Assembly: GCA_900617105.1 (NCBI GenBank)
Contig: UYFQ01000682.1
Coordinates: 62,001 to 103,764, forward strand
Direction of reading: 5' to 3'
DNA: 41,764 bases
Origin: Hydrurus foetidus
Taxonomy: Eukaryota
Shown here: positions 1 to 20,494 of the stretch, piece by piece
Layout: every line of letters begins with the position of its first letter
How positions within the stretch are numbered: the first letter of the stretch is position 1
The notes under the pieces: model-generated
The model's input: only the letters and a program-made list of their open reading frames with translations
Databases searched by the model: none
Told to the model about the DNA's origin: nothing
Made by a program: the position numbers and the translations under genes

Positions 1-257
1 GGTAAAAAAGAAAAGAAAAACAAAGAGATACACAGACGTACAGACAGACAGACAGACACATTTTAGAATCAGAGCTAGAACAAAAAACATTTCTTTAGAA
101 TAAGAAACTCACCACTCCGCAGCAATGTCCTTTCTATAATTACAAAATTTACCTAGTCAGATTCTTAGCTTATTCTGAATAAGTATCTTCAATTTATTGT
201 GCTTTTTTACAATAACTTAATTTCTTGTCAATTTCTTAATTTTATTTGTTACATCAG

Positions 258-7352
<7,095 letters not shown>

Positions 7353-8280
7353 CAAGGATGTACGGTCGCTACACTACACTGCAACGTCCAAAAATGTGAG
7401 ACAACATTTGACTTGAGTAAAAAAAAAGTAGCGACAACATTAAAAAAAGGTTTTCGAATGCGACAAAATTTTCAAATATTGGTAGGCACTTTCACAATTA
7501 AAAAAAACAATTATTGTTCCATGAATAATCACAAACGGAAAGTTTTGACTGTAGTGTATCAATACGAATCACTTTCTTGTCTTCTATTTATGATGAGGAA
7601 AACAAAGTGGATGCAAAATTTATTTCACCGATTTCAATTATTTTATTTGTTTTTTACTCTTCCGTAGAATTGTAGAACTTTTATTTTCGTATAAAAGTTC
7701 AAAATTACTTTTTCTTTTTCTTTACTGGTATTGTTTGTTATCTGTGATGCTTCCTAAACTGTTTGAATATTTTCACAGAAAGACCTTGATATATCGCAAT
7801 GCAACGTGATAGCTCCACTCGCAATTGATCATCATGTACGGCAAATCTGTACGTGATAGCAAGTTTTCCGAATGCCTCAGCAAAATCAGTCTTGCTACTT
7901 GCTGTGTGAACATTCCTATCACATGCGATTGAATCCATCACTCGTACCAGGGTTTCTTCGTTGCGGCGAATCTTGGTTATGTTCTGTAGGAGCGGTGTAG
8001 TTAAGGTATAAGGTAATAACCGACCCCGGTTAAATAATACGTTTAACTCCGGTTGACGGTTAACTAGCCAGAACAACTTCTCCCTGTTTAAAAGTGCCTA
8101 ATGAATCTGGAGATTCATTTGACGCATTCAGACAGACTTTTCACACCTGGAACTGAGCTGCTTATCTGCGAACCTCCCCTAACCAGCGCTCCGTGGGCCA
8201 CGAAGTTCTGGAGAAGAAACTATAACGTTGGTTCTCCTAAAGCCTCATTCCCAGATACAGAGGGCACATATTCGGTAGAC

Positions 8281-11200
8281 ATGTTCTTCTTGTCTCTCCT
8301 CAATGTTATGCTGCGGCTACTGGCCCTCATCAGTTTGACGGCAGCGAAGTCTACTCCTACTCCAGTACCCGATATTGTACTTGTTACACAAGTGCATCTA
8401 GCTCAGGGAATCACGTCAGCTTCAATGACAGTGTCATGGGTAACACCAACTGTTAGTCGATTCTCTCCTTCAAGCATATCTAAAAAGAGCGAAGTGCGAT
8501 TTAGCACGAATCCTAGCGATCTCTCAAAGTATTCCAGCGGATACAGCACCTCCTATACATTTAACTACATGAAACTACAGAACTACACGAGTGGTCAACT
8601 CCACCATACTGTTCTCGAGAATCTATCCCCATCTACGAGGTACTATTACATGTGCGGAGACTTTTCAACTGGATCCCACAGAGACGTATCAGGTAAGCAA
8701 GTAGGAATGTTCAGAATGTTCTGGAATAAGAATTAAGAATGTTCTGAATGATCGTGCGATTTACCAACACAACAGAACAATACAGAACAGAAGGGGATAT
8801 CCTATCGCAATCTTCTGTTCTTATCATTCATAAGCTATGTGCTCCTGCTGACTGAAAATGCAATTATTTGAAAGTTGTGAAGGAATTCTGCCTCGTTCAT
8901 CATTATAAAATCATTAAGTAATACTGAATAGATCCTACTAGTTATCTCATCGAGTTAGTTCTGAAATATCATTTGCATTTAGTACGGTGTCTCTCCACCA
9001 TTGTTCTTGCAATTACTTACGAATACGATCATACTGTCAATGCTGAATTACCACATTGTCTATTTTTAAAAACTTATTGACAACTTGACCATCTTTCAAT
9101 CGAGCAATGCTTTTAAGTTTTCTAATGGTCAATCTGCTGTATGCACTTCTTCTGCACGTTCAATTGAAGTTACAAAAGCATCAGCAAGAACATAAGCTAA
9201 CGCATTATTTAATCGTATAACAATGATAGTGTCACCAATTTCAAATTCAAACTGAATAATTTAACACATAGCTACCGTTTCATATATTTTCGATTTACCA
9301 CATTTTAATTTCCGCAGGCTTATTAACTTTCGTGACGTTGCCTTTTGTTGGCGATAAGCAACAATTAACATTTGCTGTCATAGGAGACCTTGGTAAGTTA
9401 AGTCTTGATTAATCTTAATTAGCATCTAATATATGGAAATGCACGGCATTGAGTATTCAACAATTTGCTTCTGATTTCTTTATGTGTGATAGTGTAACAT
9501 TTTAATGTGCAATTTTGAATGTTATACTAAAAAATGTTATATACACAATGGGACAAAGTAATGTTGCAGCATTCTAAATATAGCGTTGTGACGCAACATT
9601 ATGACTTAATATTATATGATACATAATGATGTAAGATAGCAATTTAACACAATTCCGTAACATTACACAATCTTCCAATAATGTAACATAATGATTTTAA
9701 TATTTTCAATAATTTTAATATTTTCAAACAGGTCAGACGAAGGATTCAGCAGCAACAGTGTCTCACATATTGGGAAGCACGGACATAGTGGCTGTACTGC
9801 ATGCTGGTACGTTCATGATAGTGATAGTAATACAGAGCACGGGGAGTAAAAGACAGCGAGCAGAATAGAGAGGTAGAGAGGAGAAGAGGGAGGACAGGGA
9901 AAGAGAGAAGGACGAGAAGTGAGTAAAGAAAGAAAGGAGGAGAGAATGAAGGGGTAGAGCAGAAGAGATAAGAAGAGAGACAAGATAGGGGAGGAGTAAA
10001 GAAGAGACATAAAGAGAAGAGATGGGAGGACAACAAATCGTACTGTACTGTACTGTACTGTACTGTACTGTACTGTACTGTACTGTACTGTACTGTACTG
10101 TACTGTACTGTACTGTACTGTACTGTACTGTACTGTACTGTACTGTACTGTACTGTACTGTACTGTACTGTACTGTACTGTACTGTACTGTACTGTACTG
10201 TACTGTACTGTACTGTACTGTACTGTACTGTACTGTACTGTACTGTACTGTACTGTACTGTACTGTACTGTACTGTACTGTACTGTACTGTACTGTACTG
10301 TACTGTACTGTACTGTACTGTACTGTACTGTACTGTACTGTACTGTACTGTACTGTACTGTACTGTACTGTACTGTACTGTACTGTACTTTACTGTACTG
10401 TACTGTACTGTACTGTACTGTACTGTACTGTGTACTGTACCGTACCGTACCGTACCGTACTGTACCGTACTGTACCGTACTGTACTGTACTGTACTGTAC
10501 TGTACTGTACTGTACCGTACTGTACTGTACCGTACCGTACCGTACTGTACTGTACTGTACTGTACCACTGTACTGTACCGCACTGTACCGTACTGTACTG
10601 TACTGTACCGTATACCGTACCGTACCGTACTGTACTGTACTGTACTGTACTTGTACTGTACCGTACTGCACCGTACTGTACTGTACTGTACTGTACTGTA
10701 ATGCACTGTACTGTACTGTACTACTGTACTGTACTGTACTGTACTGTACTGTACTGTACCGTACTGTACTGTACTGTACTGTACTGTACTGTACCGTACC
10801 GTACTGTACTATACCGTACTGTACTGTACTGTACTGTACTGTACTGTACTGTACTGTACTGTACTGTACTGTACTGTACTGTACTGTACTGTACTGTACT
10901 GTACTGTACTGTACTGTAGTGTAGTGTAGTGTAGTGTAGTGTAGCGTAATGTAGTGTAGTGTAGTGTAGTGTAGTGTAGTGTAGTGTAGTGTAGTGTAGT
11001 GTAGTGTAGTGTAGTGTAGTGTAGTGTAGTGTAGTGTAGTGTAGTGTAGTGTAGTGTAGTGTAGTGTAGTGTATGTAGTGTACTGTACTGTACTGTACTG
11101 TACTGTACTGTACTGTACTGTACTGTACTGTACTGTACTGTACTGTACTGTACTGTACTGTACTGTACTGTACTGTACTGTACTGTACTGTACTGTACTG

Positions 11201-14200
11201 TACTGTACTGTACTGTACTGTACTGTACAGTGCAGTACTGTACACTTTTTGTCCTTCGTGAAAGTTTATGCTTTGTTCTTTGTACGTAGATGAAATCCAA
11301 TCAAAATATTTATGTCAGACACAATATAACCACACGAAACCCCCCGACAAAAGTGATTTAAAGTTATCAAATAACGTTCAATTACTTATATCTTCTAGGT
11401 GACTTATCGTATGGGGATTGTGTGGGGAGATTGTGGGACAGTTACGGGGAAATGATAGAACCCGTTTCGAGACAAATACCGTGGATGGTCAGCCCAGGGA
11501 ATCACGAAATTGAGCAAATTATCGTGAACACGACAGAGGCATCTGGTACGTGGTTAACAAGCACATCGCCTTTTAAGGATGAGCGTGCAGTCCTTTTCCT
11601 TCTTTAATTCAATATTTTGTGTTCTGTTGAGTACAAGAAAGATGACTTTATTTTTAAGAAATCCAACTCTCACTACACGGCAGTAAATCTAACTCCATGA
11701 TATGATATGATATGATATTTTATTTAGGGCTGATAAGAACGGAAATTGAAGTATACACTGCGTTTGAATCGAGGTACAAAATGCCATCACGGAAACCAGC
11801 GGAATTCGGTGAAATATTTATTCCCGGATTTTGGAATGGAACATTGGGATGTGCTCCGTCTGTTTTTCTCTCAGATTATAACTACGGAAACAGCTTTTAC
11901 AGTTTTGAAGCGGGACTGGTACATTTTATATTCTTAAATCCGTATTCTCCGTCACACGGAAATTCAAAACAGTATTTGTTTTTGATGGAAGACTTTGCTC
12001 TTGTTGATCGGGTCAAAACTCCGTGGGTCATCGTTATCCAACATTGTCCTATGTACAATTCCAATCTCGCTCATCATAACGAAACACAAACACTCAAAAT
12101 GAAGGTAAATAAATAAAATAAAATATAAATTAAATTAAATGAAATTAAATTCACTGTATTCTAACATTTCATTTATTAATTATCATTATTATTATCACTA
12201 TTGCATTTTGTTATATTTTATAATATTATAATACGTCTCGTATTATTTTTTTGAACTACTTTTTTAGTATCACGTGAAACGCTTCTATATCTTTTTCTTC
12301 GATAGTATTGTTTCTCTCCTCTAATTCAAATGGATTTGATTCTTAAATTAGATAATAGTACAGTGAAGTTAGTAATTATACTGATCATCATCATTTATCA
12401 TATGACACTATGGCAGATCACATAACATCACATCGTATGACATCACACATTTTAGATTGTAACCTATATTGTATTATCACGCAATAGTGTTTCACGTCTT
12501 GTAACAGCACAATGTCAAATATAATTCTCACAGTGAAGTAATGTTAATTGCTGCAAGAAAAACTACATACATCTTGCTTTCTTTCATACGTTACTTTCTT
12601 TGTTTTCGCTTTTACTTTGCTTTCATAAGTACACTTTCGGGATGTAAATAGATAATTAAACCATTTTCTAAATCAAATCAAACTAAATTCACTGCATGCT
12701 GATAACAATTGTTATTTGACTTTGCATAATTATTTTGATGTATTTATGTCACAATTTTTCTTTTAAACAGACCAATTTGGAAGACATATTTTACCGAAAT
12801 CACGTGAATATGGTGATATCTGGACACGTACATGCGTACGAACGATCCCATCCTATATTCAATGGTACTGTACGTACGGATGGCGTAACGTACATCACAA
12901 TAGGCGATGCGGGAAATCATGAAGGTAATACTAAATGCATTAATTTGCGGCAAATACACTAATTTACATTGTTAACTATTTGGTAATTATTGTTTCTTGT
13001 TCATTCCGCTGCAATCCTTCACTAAAAGAATGAATGAGTAAGAAAGGTTGTTTCACATTGTGATAAAGAAGTCGTGAGTCATCTTTAGTTCGTATCATAC
13101 AAAACAATGATGATGAAATACACGATTAAATAACGTAAACCATTATGCTCACAACTAGGCAGTCAAATCTGTACAATACGAAAATAAAATTAAATTGAAA
13201 ATTATGTATTTATGATATTAAAAACAGGACATTAAGTTTTACATTTTATTAAAAAGATAAAATAACCTTATTTACCATGCTTACAGCTCACCATTTTACT
13301 TAAACTTAAAAATTATTTATTACACTTACAGTCACCTATATTATTTAACCGAACTAAAGAAAATTATCTACATCTTTTTTACATTTGAAATAGGCCACTC
13401 ATCGCTGTATTCGAAAAAGCCTGAGTGGAGCGCATTTCGAAATGGAACACAATTCGGACACGGACAAATAAAAATAATAAACGAAAACTCTATGGAATGG
13501 TGAGATGCTATTTATTTTTATTACTTATTGTTTATTATTTGTTGTTTATTATTTATTATTTATTGTTTATTGTTTGATTGAATTACGATGTGTTTCTTAT
13601 GCTGTAAAACTTAGAAATGTGTTTGCAGACATACGTACTCATCTTTTCGAAATATATTACGATTGATTTAAGTGCTCTGAAATTGTATAATTTGAGTAAC
13701 AAATATGTCATAATTTTTTTAGCAAAAATGTCAGCAATTTAAATTGTGTTTAAGATTAAATACCATTGTGTCAACTAACTTGAACATAATTATGATATTT
13801 GTTTCATGTCTCCGTAAAAATCGTCAAACATAAAATCATCTAACATTGAATTGATATGAAATCGTTTCTGTGCTTAATCATATAAATTATCTTTTAATTT
13901 AATAACATAAATTAGGTCTTGGATGAGAAATTTAGATGGTATTCCAGTCGCATCAGATGTGCTGACTATATGCAACACTAAATCATTTAATGCGGATTGC
14001 AGTGACATAAATAATGTTCCTGGAAATGGCTCGAAAAAAAAGGAGAAAGATCCGTATACCATAATGATCGCCTTTTCCGTTTTTATATTATTCGGCTTTT
14101 TAGTAATTGGCTTATTAACCGTTTTGCATAGAAGAGAAGAAAGAAGGAAAAAGATATTAAGTTATTTTCCAGAAATATTTTTTAATAAATTATCAAGTGA

Positions 14201-14540
14201 CTATACACCGACAAAAGGAATTTACGAAAATAACGATAATACGGATTTGGACGAATTTACTGTCATTAATAAGGATCGAAGTATATTGGAAAGAATGATG
14301 AGAAGTAAGGTGAGAAGCATTCATATGGACAGAGATTTAAATTCAGAGATAATTGAAAATAACATTGAAGAATCACTAACAAATAAAAGTGAAAATGAAT
14401 TTGGAATTGGAGTTGAGAATGAAAGTGAGAGTAAAGATACTGATGACACTGATACTAAAAGAAAAAATGATGATATTCTTATGAGTAAGAATAACGATGT
14501 TGTGAAAACTATATTGCACAACGACAGAGAAATTGTTTAG
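8281..14540 (+). CDS. Purple acid phosphatase (metallophosphoesterase with FN3-like N-domain), signal peptide and C-terminal TM helix; 8 exons
   Basis: Exons ~8281-8692, 9318-9392, 9732-9806, 11399-11546, 11729-12104, 12771-12924, 13393-13499, 13916-14540. All five PAP metal-binding blocks are present: GDLG, GDLSY, GNHE, VIQH, GHVH. N-terminal hydrophobic leader MFFLSLLNVMLRLLALISLTAA; N-domain motifs QVHLAQG and LHHTVLENLSPSTRYYY. Confidence 0.93.
10040..11226. repeat. ~1.2-kb pentanucleotide satellite (TACTG)n with TACCG variants and an internal (TAGTG)n block, in PAP intron 3
   Basis: Seen directly; the TAGTG block is at ~10916-11080. Confidence 0.98.
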
Positions 14541-16236
14541 TTTTACTTCTTATTAACTTCTCTGATTTTCAAATATTCAAACAGAATTTTGTATGATACG
14601 ATACGCAGAGAAAAAGACAAGAAGAGATAAAAAATGTTTTATGTATGATATGCGGGAACACAAAGTACTTACGTACTTCTATCATACAATACTGCCACTT
14701 CGTACATTACCATATTGTCACATAATGAAGATATGAAAACAATGAGAGAATGAACAGATTTAAGATTGAAACACCAAACTATAATAACAAATAGGGATCA
14801 AACAGTCTGCAATTAAATTATCGTTGATTCTAGGACCATGAATCGGAATTCAATGTAATGGACTGGAACGCAATTTTGAATTTTGTGTAATGTTTGTAAC
14901 TTTTGTACGTACGAGCAATCTTCGAGAATGGCACACCTGACACATTATACCGCAGTACCAATTACTGGAACAAACATGTTGAAACAGTTGCGCTGGACAG
15001 CACAACACATTTCGTCCAATTTTAATTTGACGCTTGAGAAACCGTGTTAGTTCTTTACTTTTTCCCCCTTTTTTCCTTTCTTCTTTTTTCTCCTCTCTCT
15101 TTTCTCCTTTTTTTCTTTTTTCTTTTTCCAGCTGCTGGATAAGTTCGGTTTCTATCATACCTCCACCTACAGTTACACTTCCAATATTTTTTCATCTGAA
15201 CGTCATCATCGGCATTGTAATTATTTGGATTCAACTCAATGATTTTGAAATCAAGGTAACAAATTTCTGTTTCGGCCAATCGGAAGATTAAAAAAAAAAT
15301 CCACTTTTTCTGCAGTCAAAATTTCAGCAATATTTCGCACAGAGAATTTCCGAACAACGTTTTAGCGAATTTTCCTCATCATAATTGTTATTCGTGAATT
15401 ATTAGATCAAGACGACTGCTGAGAAGAAAAACGGCACTAGGAATCGCTTTGCGATATTTGCTGAAAGAATGATTTGTTGAGTGGATGTCCTCCATAAGTC
15501 AGCACTATCGAAACACATCTCATTTATGTTGACTTCCACTACGCGGAGTAGAGTGAGATTGAGAATTCAGGCATAACATATGTAGCAGAATAATCTGTTC
15601 CCGATAATATCACACAAAAGAAGAAAAACGAAGACCAATCTGCCGCTGTACGTTCAGAAACTATTTTTAGTTTTTAAAAAACCGGTTATCAACCGTTACG
15701 GGTGGACGAACTTGTCCAACGGAATACATCATCTTACTTTTTCATGACCTTTTTCTTTTATTATTTTTGACAGAGGGATCGATCGCTTGGATTTAAATTT
15801 TTATTTGAACTTTCCATGCTGTAACAACTTACCGACAGACAAGATCAAGTGAAGGTATATAGGAGCTTCAGCTTGTTCAGTGACCTGGTGCCTCCGAACT
15901 ATACAGATATCAGAGGCGACAGCTGCAAACGAGAAATCGGCCCACAGCATCGCTTGGAACAGAGATATCTCAGTGTCCCAAGAAGTTAACGGAGGAACTC
16001 AACTTTTGAAAAGTTTTAGTTTGAAGGGTTGGACGGACATATTTCTGGATTGCCATATTTTGGTCAGATTACAGCTGCAGATATCGACGGAAATCAGCCG
16101 CATTTCGATTCAGTGCACTTAGCTCGATCTGTGACATCTCCTTTCGATTTTCTTCTGGAAACGGATTACTTTTTATTTGAATTTCTGATCGCGTTTAGAG
16201 GCCACAATCTGACGTATAAGAATTTCAGCATAAATT

Positions 16237-19200
16237 ATGGGCGATAAAGCGAACTACCATTCGTTGAGCGTTGGCTACAACAAGTTCTTCATTGACAAGC
16301 GTTACATCAATTTGAAGCCTTGCGGTGATGGCTCTTACGGTTTCGTTGCAAGCGCATACGATGTCATTTCTCGTAAGATAACCAGCAATGCATTGATTTA
16401 ACGTTATCATGCACTCACCCTGCCAAATAGTTTTAATCCAGATATTTAAATTGCGTAAAAAAGAATTCGAAAATCTGAATGAAATGATTCTGACCATGAG
16501 CAATACTTCTCCTTCAAATTAGCACAGATAAAGATAATTAATTCACAGCATCTCACAATAAACCAATCTAATAAGTATTTTTTCTGTTGATTTCACGACT
16601 GAAATTATTTTATATGTTGAAATTTTGTGATGAAAATGGGTCAGATAGCTGTAAACATTTTAGAAGCAGTCACGAACAGACCAATAAACCCCAAAAATCG
16701 TTTAAATTGAATAATGCGATGAAGAACCTCATTATAATTTCTGTTATTTTCCTTCTACACCAATTGTGAAACAAATCTGACCTAAATCCCTTCATATTTT
16801 CACCCAGGCGAAAAAGTGGCCATTAAAAAGATCAAAGATGCTTTTAGCGATTCAATAGACGCAAAAAGAATTTTACGCGAAATGAAATTATTGCGTCACT
16901 TTAATTCGCATGAAAACATCATTTCTATATTCGACATTATGACTGTGCCGCCAGATACGCAGCATTTCAATGATATTTACATCGTCACTAATCTTATGGA
17001 AAGCGACTTAGAACGTATCATTCGGTCCAGACAAGTACTTACAGACCAGCATTTTCAGTATTTTTTGTACCAAATTCTTCGTTCTTTGAAATACGTACAT
17101 TCCGCGAACGTACTGCATAGAGATTTAAAACCGTCGAATATACTTGTGAACGCAAATTGCGATTTGGCTGTATGTGATTTCGGTCTTGCACGCGGCTTCC
17201 ACATAGAGGGTCAAGACACCCTCACAGAATACGTTGTCACGAGGTACCAAAACTATACCCCTGTTTTTTATGTCATTTGTATAACAAACAGCAGTACTTA
17301 ATGAATATTGTCTGCTTCTTTTTTTACCATTTTGGTTGACAATATTCAAAGTGCGTCTATTTCATTTTTTTGCCCGTCTTTTCATCTCGATTGGTGGAAT
17401 TAAGCATCAACAAAATCAATCAATGAGTTATGGCGTACTGCAATCTGATGTGTTGTGTTATCATCTGATCTCTCCTAACCAACTCTACACTAACAATCAT
17501 CCTACGTACAAGGCAGTGTTGATCTATTGTGTATTCCATCCTCTTGTTTACCTTCATTTCTCACCTCACTTTTTACCAATACCTTTTTACATTACGCTCT
17601 CGCTAAGTTTCCTTTTCTGCTTTCTATCGATACTTTTCTCATCTTTCTCTTTTACTTATCTGACACCCTCTCATATTACCATTCATCACCAGCCCATTCT
17701 ACTCCATTCTATTCTACTCATTTTGCCTCCTCTTTATTCCCCTACCCTTACATCCATTCTAACATTGCACATCCCTCATGACACCTCTTCCCTGCACATT
17801 ATCTCTCCTTTCAATATCACAGATGGTACAGAGCACCCGAACTGTTGTGTGAATCACCGCACTACGGCAAGGGTGTCGACATTTGGTCAGTCGGATGCAT
17901 ATTTGCAGAACTCCTGACACATGATGCTTTCTTTAGAGGCGAAAATCCACAACATCAACTTGAAGTTATAGTTTCAAAAATAGGTACGGCATTCTATTAT
18001 TCTGTTATTGAGATTTTTTGCTATTCAATTCATTTTTCCGTCTTTGATGAATTGCATTTGGACGTTTTTTGTGGTGTCATATGACACCATTCATCTTTTA
18101 TATGGATAATTTGTGCTGATTTTCGTCCTATTTGTTGACAGTGAATCTCCAACTGTTGCAATAATTTGAAACGATTTTTCTGTTGCGAATTCATTCTTTT
18201 ACTGAATTTCGAGGAGTACATTCCTCTCGCTCTCTTTTGCCTATTTCCGTTGAAAAAGATCTCTCAGATTTAATTTGATTTCATTTTTTCATTAATAGGT
18301 TGCCCTCCCCCAGAAAAATTAATTTTTATTAGCTCAGCAGCAGCGATGAGTTCAATATTAAATTATCGGAATCGTCAACCAAAGCCATTTGCCTCGTATT
18401 TCCCAGCGGGCACTTCTCTATTAGCACTAGACTTAATATCCAAAATGCTTCAATTTCACCCTGACGATCGCATAAGCGTTGAACATGCATTAGACCATCC
18501 TTATCTCGCGGAATATCATATTCAGATGCCGGAACCAGTATGTCTCAACTTGTTCAATTTTGAATTTGAGAAAGTCAACTATGACTTATCGAGTGAAGAT
18601 GTACAGCAATTAATGTATCAAGAAATGCTCTTATATAGGCCTAATTCAGTCCATTTTTCATCAAACGAAAAAGATGGTAATATGGATCTAGCAGGTATTA
18701 TCATCCCTGACGTTACTCTCTACTTTCATTTACTTATTCAACTTGTTGTTCTATTTATCTCTTGCACAGCACGATCGAAATTATTTTCATGCAATTACTT
18801 ATAATACGGTAAATTCCTTTTTATTGTTTTGTTGTACGATATTTAGCGAATATTCCGTATTTGGTCTTGTTACTTCTGAATCGCTTTTTCATCTCTCCCA
18901 CCACGTATTGATTAATCAACACAAATCGATCCTTTATTATTGACATCTTCTCCTTTCTCACTATCTCTTCCTTTCCTCTTTTATGTTGTACGATCTCTGT
19001 CCTTTTACAAGGTATCGTGACATCGTTTTTCCACTTTGCTAATACCTGTTGCCTATTCACTACTCTGATTGCTACATTTCCTCCTCCTCTTAATGTCTTT
19101 CACGATCTCTTTATTTGTTATTTTTCACAAAGATTACTTCTCTACTAATTCATACTCTTCTCCCTCTTCTCTACTTTCTCTACCTCAGAATGTCGTAGTG

Positions 19201-20494
19201 CAGCAAGCAGTGTTTGTAGTGAAAGCACATTGGGTAGTGAAGAAACGTGCAAACAAGGAGCGATAAGTGCAGGTAAATCGAAATCAAAAAGCAGGAGCAT
19301 GAAAACTAGGGATGAAAAAGACCATGGTGATTACGAAAAAAGAGATACCAAGGATGGGTGTGTCGGGTATGGTGTTGTTAACAGAGAAGCCCTCGACTCG
19401 TTGAATAGAATGTCAGGAAAAGGATCGGGCCACTCGACCTTATCTGACTATATGGGAATGTCAGGTGACACCATCTTGATCAATTTTTGTTGTGTTAGTC
19501 ATTCAAAATGTTGTGACGATTAATTTAATATTATTGGCTCGTTAGACTTGTTAACTGCATGCCTATCCAATGCGTATCAGTTTCAAGACAGCTTCTGCAT
19601 CATGGTATTTTGAGTTTCCTCACCTGCATTTAACGCTAGCAATAAAGCACCTTCACTTGGCGGAGGGTAACATGGGATTATAATGACCATCCTCCAACTC
19701 GATCTGTGTATTATCACCACGATATAACAATACTTCTTTCTTATATGTTTGACTTCAGATTCTGCAAGCTCAGGACATGGACATCACGAAAGTGATAGCA
19801 AGCTAGAAAAGGTAAAAACAAAAGGGAAATCACAAACAAGAGAGATTACGACAGTCAAAAATTGATTCTAATTAATTATTTTTACAGAATCGTTGTCATC
19901 ATTGTCATCATTTATTTGCGATTATGAGCGAGAAATTAATGTTGGACTGTGAGTTTGACTACCGCTTTTTGCGGTGCATCACTGCACGACCAATCAATAA
20001 CACTCTCAAAATACATTATACATCTATCATTATGGCCACGTTATTCGTAAGATAGCAGGATAGACGTTGTAGAAGTCATGTATCCACTTAATTTCGTTTA
20101 TATTACCGAGACAGAATAAAATGTCCGATGAAAATGACAGAGCTCAAACCTCTCTTTTCGTTCTTCGTTTTGGACAATTTATTCTGTCCTGGTAATAATA
20201 GATGAATCCCCTCGCTTTCTTTTAAATGTATTTAAATGTAATGATTTTAATTGAGAGCTTTATGAGGAATAAGAACAACGTAAATGAGTGTATATGTAAA
20301 ATTTGTGGGTAACATTTGTATGTATGTATTTGTGTGCACAGCATATGATAGGAATGGCCGAAGAGAGTCACGGAGAAAGTCACCACGACCTTTCAAGCCA
20401 CAGCGGAACACACGGAAATGAATCACTTGCAGGAAATTGTGACAGCATGGGATTTGGGAATATGGAAAGCATGTCAATCGATGACGGTGAGTGA
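16237..20494 (+). CDS. Mitogen-activated protein kinase (TEY activation loop) with low-complexity C-terminal tail
   Basis: Exons 16237-16372, 16808-17243, 17823-17983, 18299-18694, 19189-19464, 19759-19811, 20342-20494; the tail exons are less certain. Motifs: [59 protein letters not shown]. Confidence 0.93.

Noticed and set aside
8101..8280. In-frame upstream ATG extending the PAP by 60 aa
   Set aside because: The signal peptide begins at ATG 8281; the extension has no recognisable features and would bury it.
9746..11300. Long YCTVL/YSTVQ/HYTTL ORFs on both strands; superficially array-like
   Set aside because: Translation of the pentamer satellite; there are no spacers, so it is not a CRISPR array.
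14850..15291. K/E-rich and F/S-rich ORFs between PAP and MAPK
   Set aside because: Produced by a pyrimidine-rich low-complexity tract; no domain or splice support.
19888..19948. Possible extra 61-nt MAPK exon (AG...GT bounded)
   Set aside because: It would shift the frame of the last exon and cannot be supported without transcripts.
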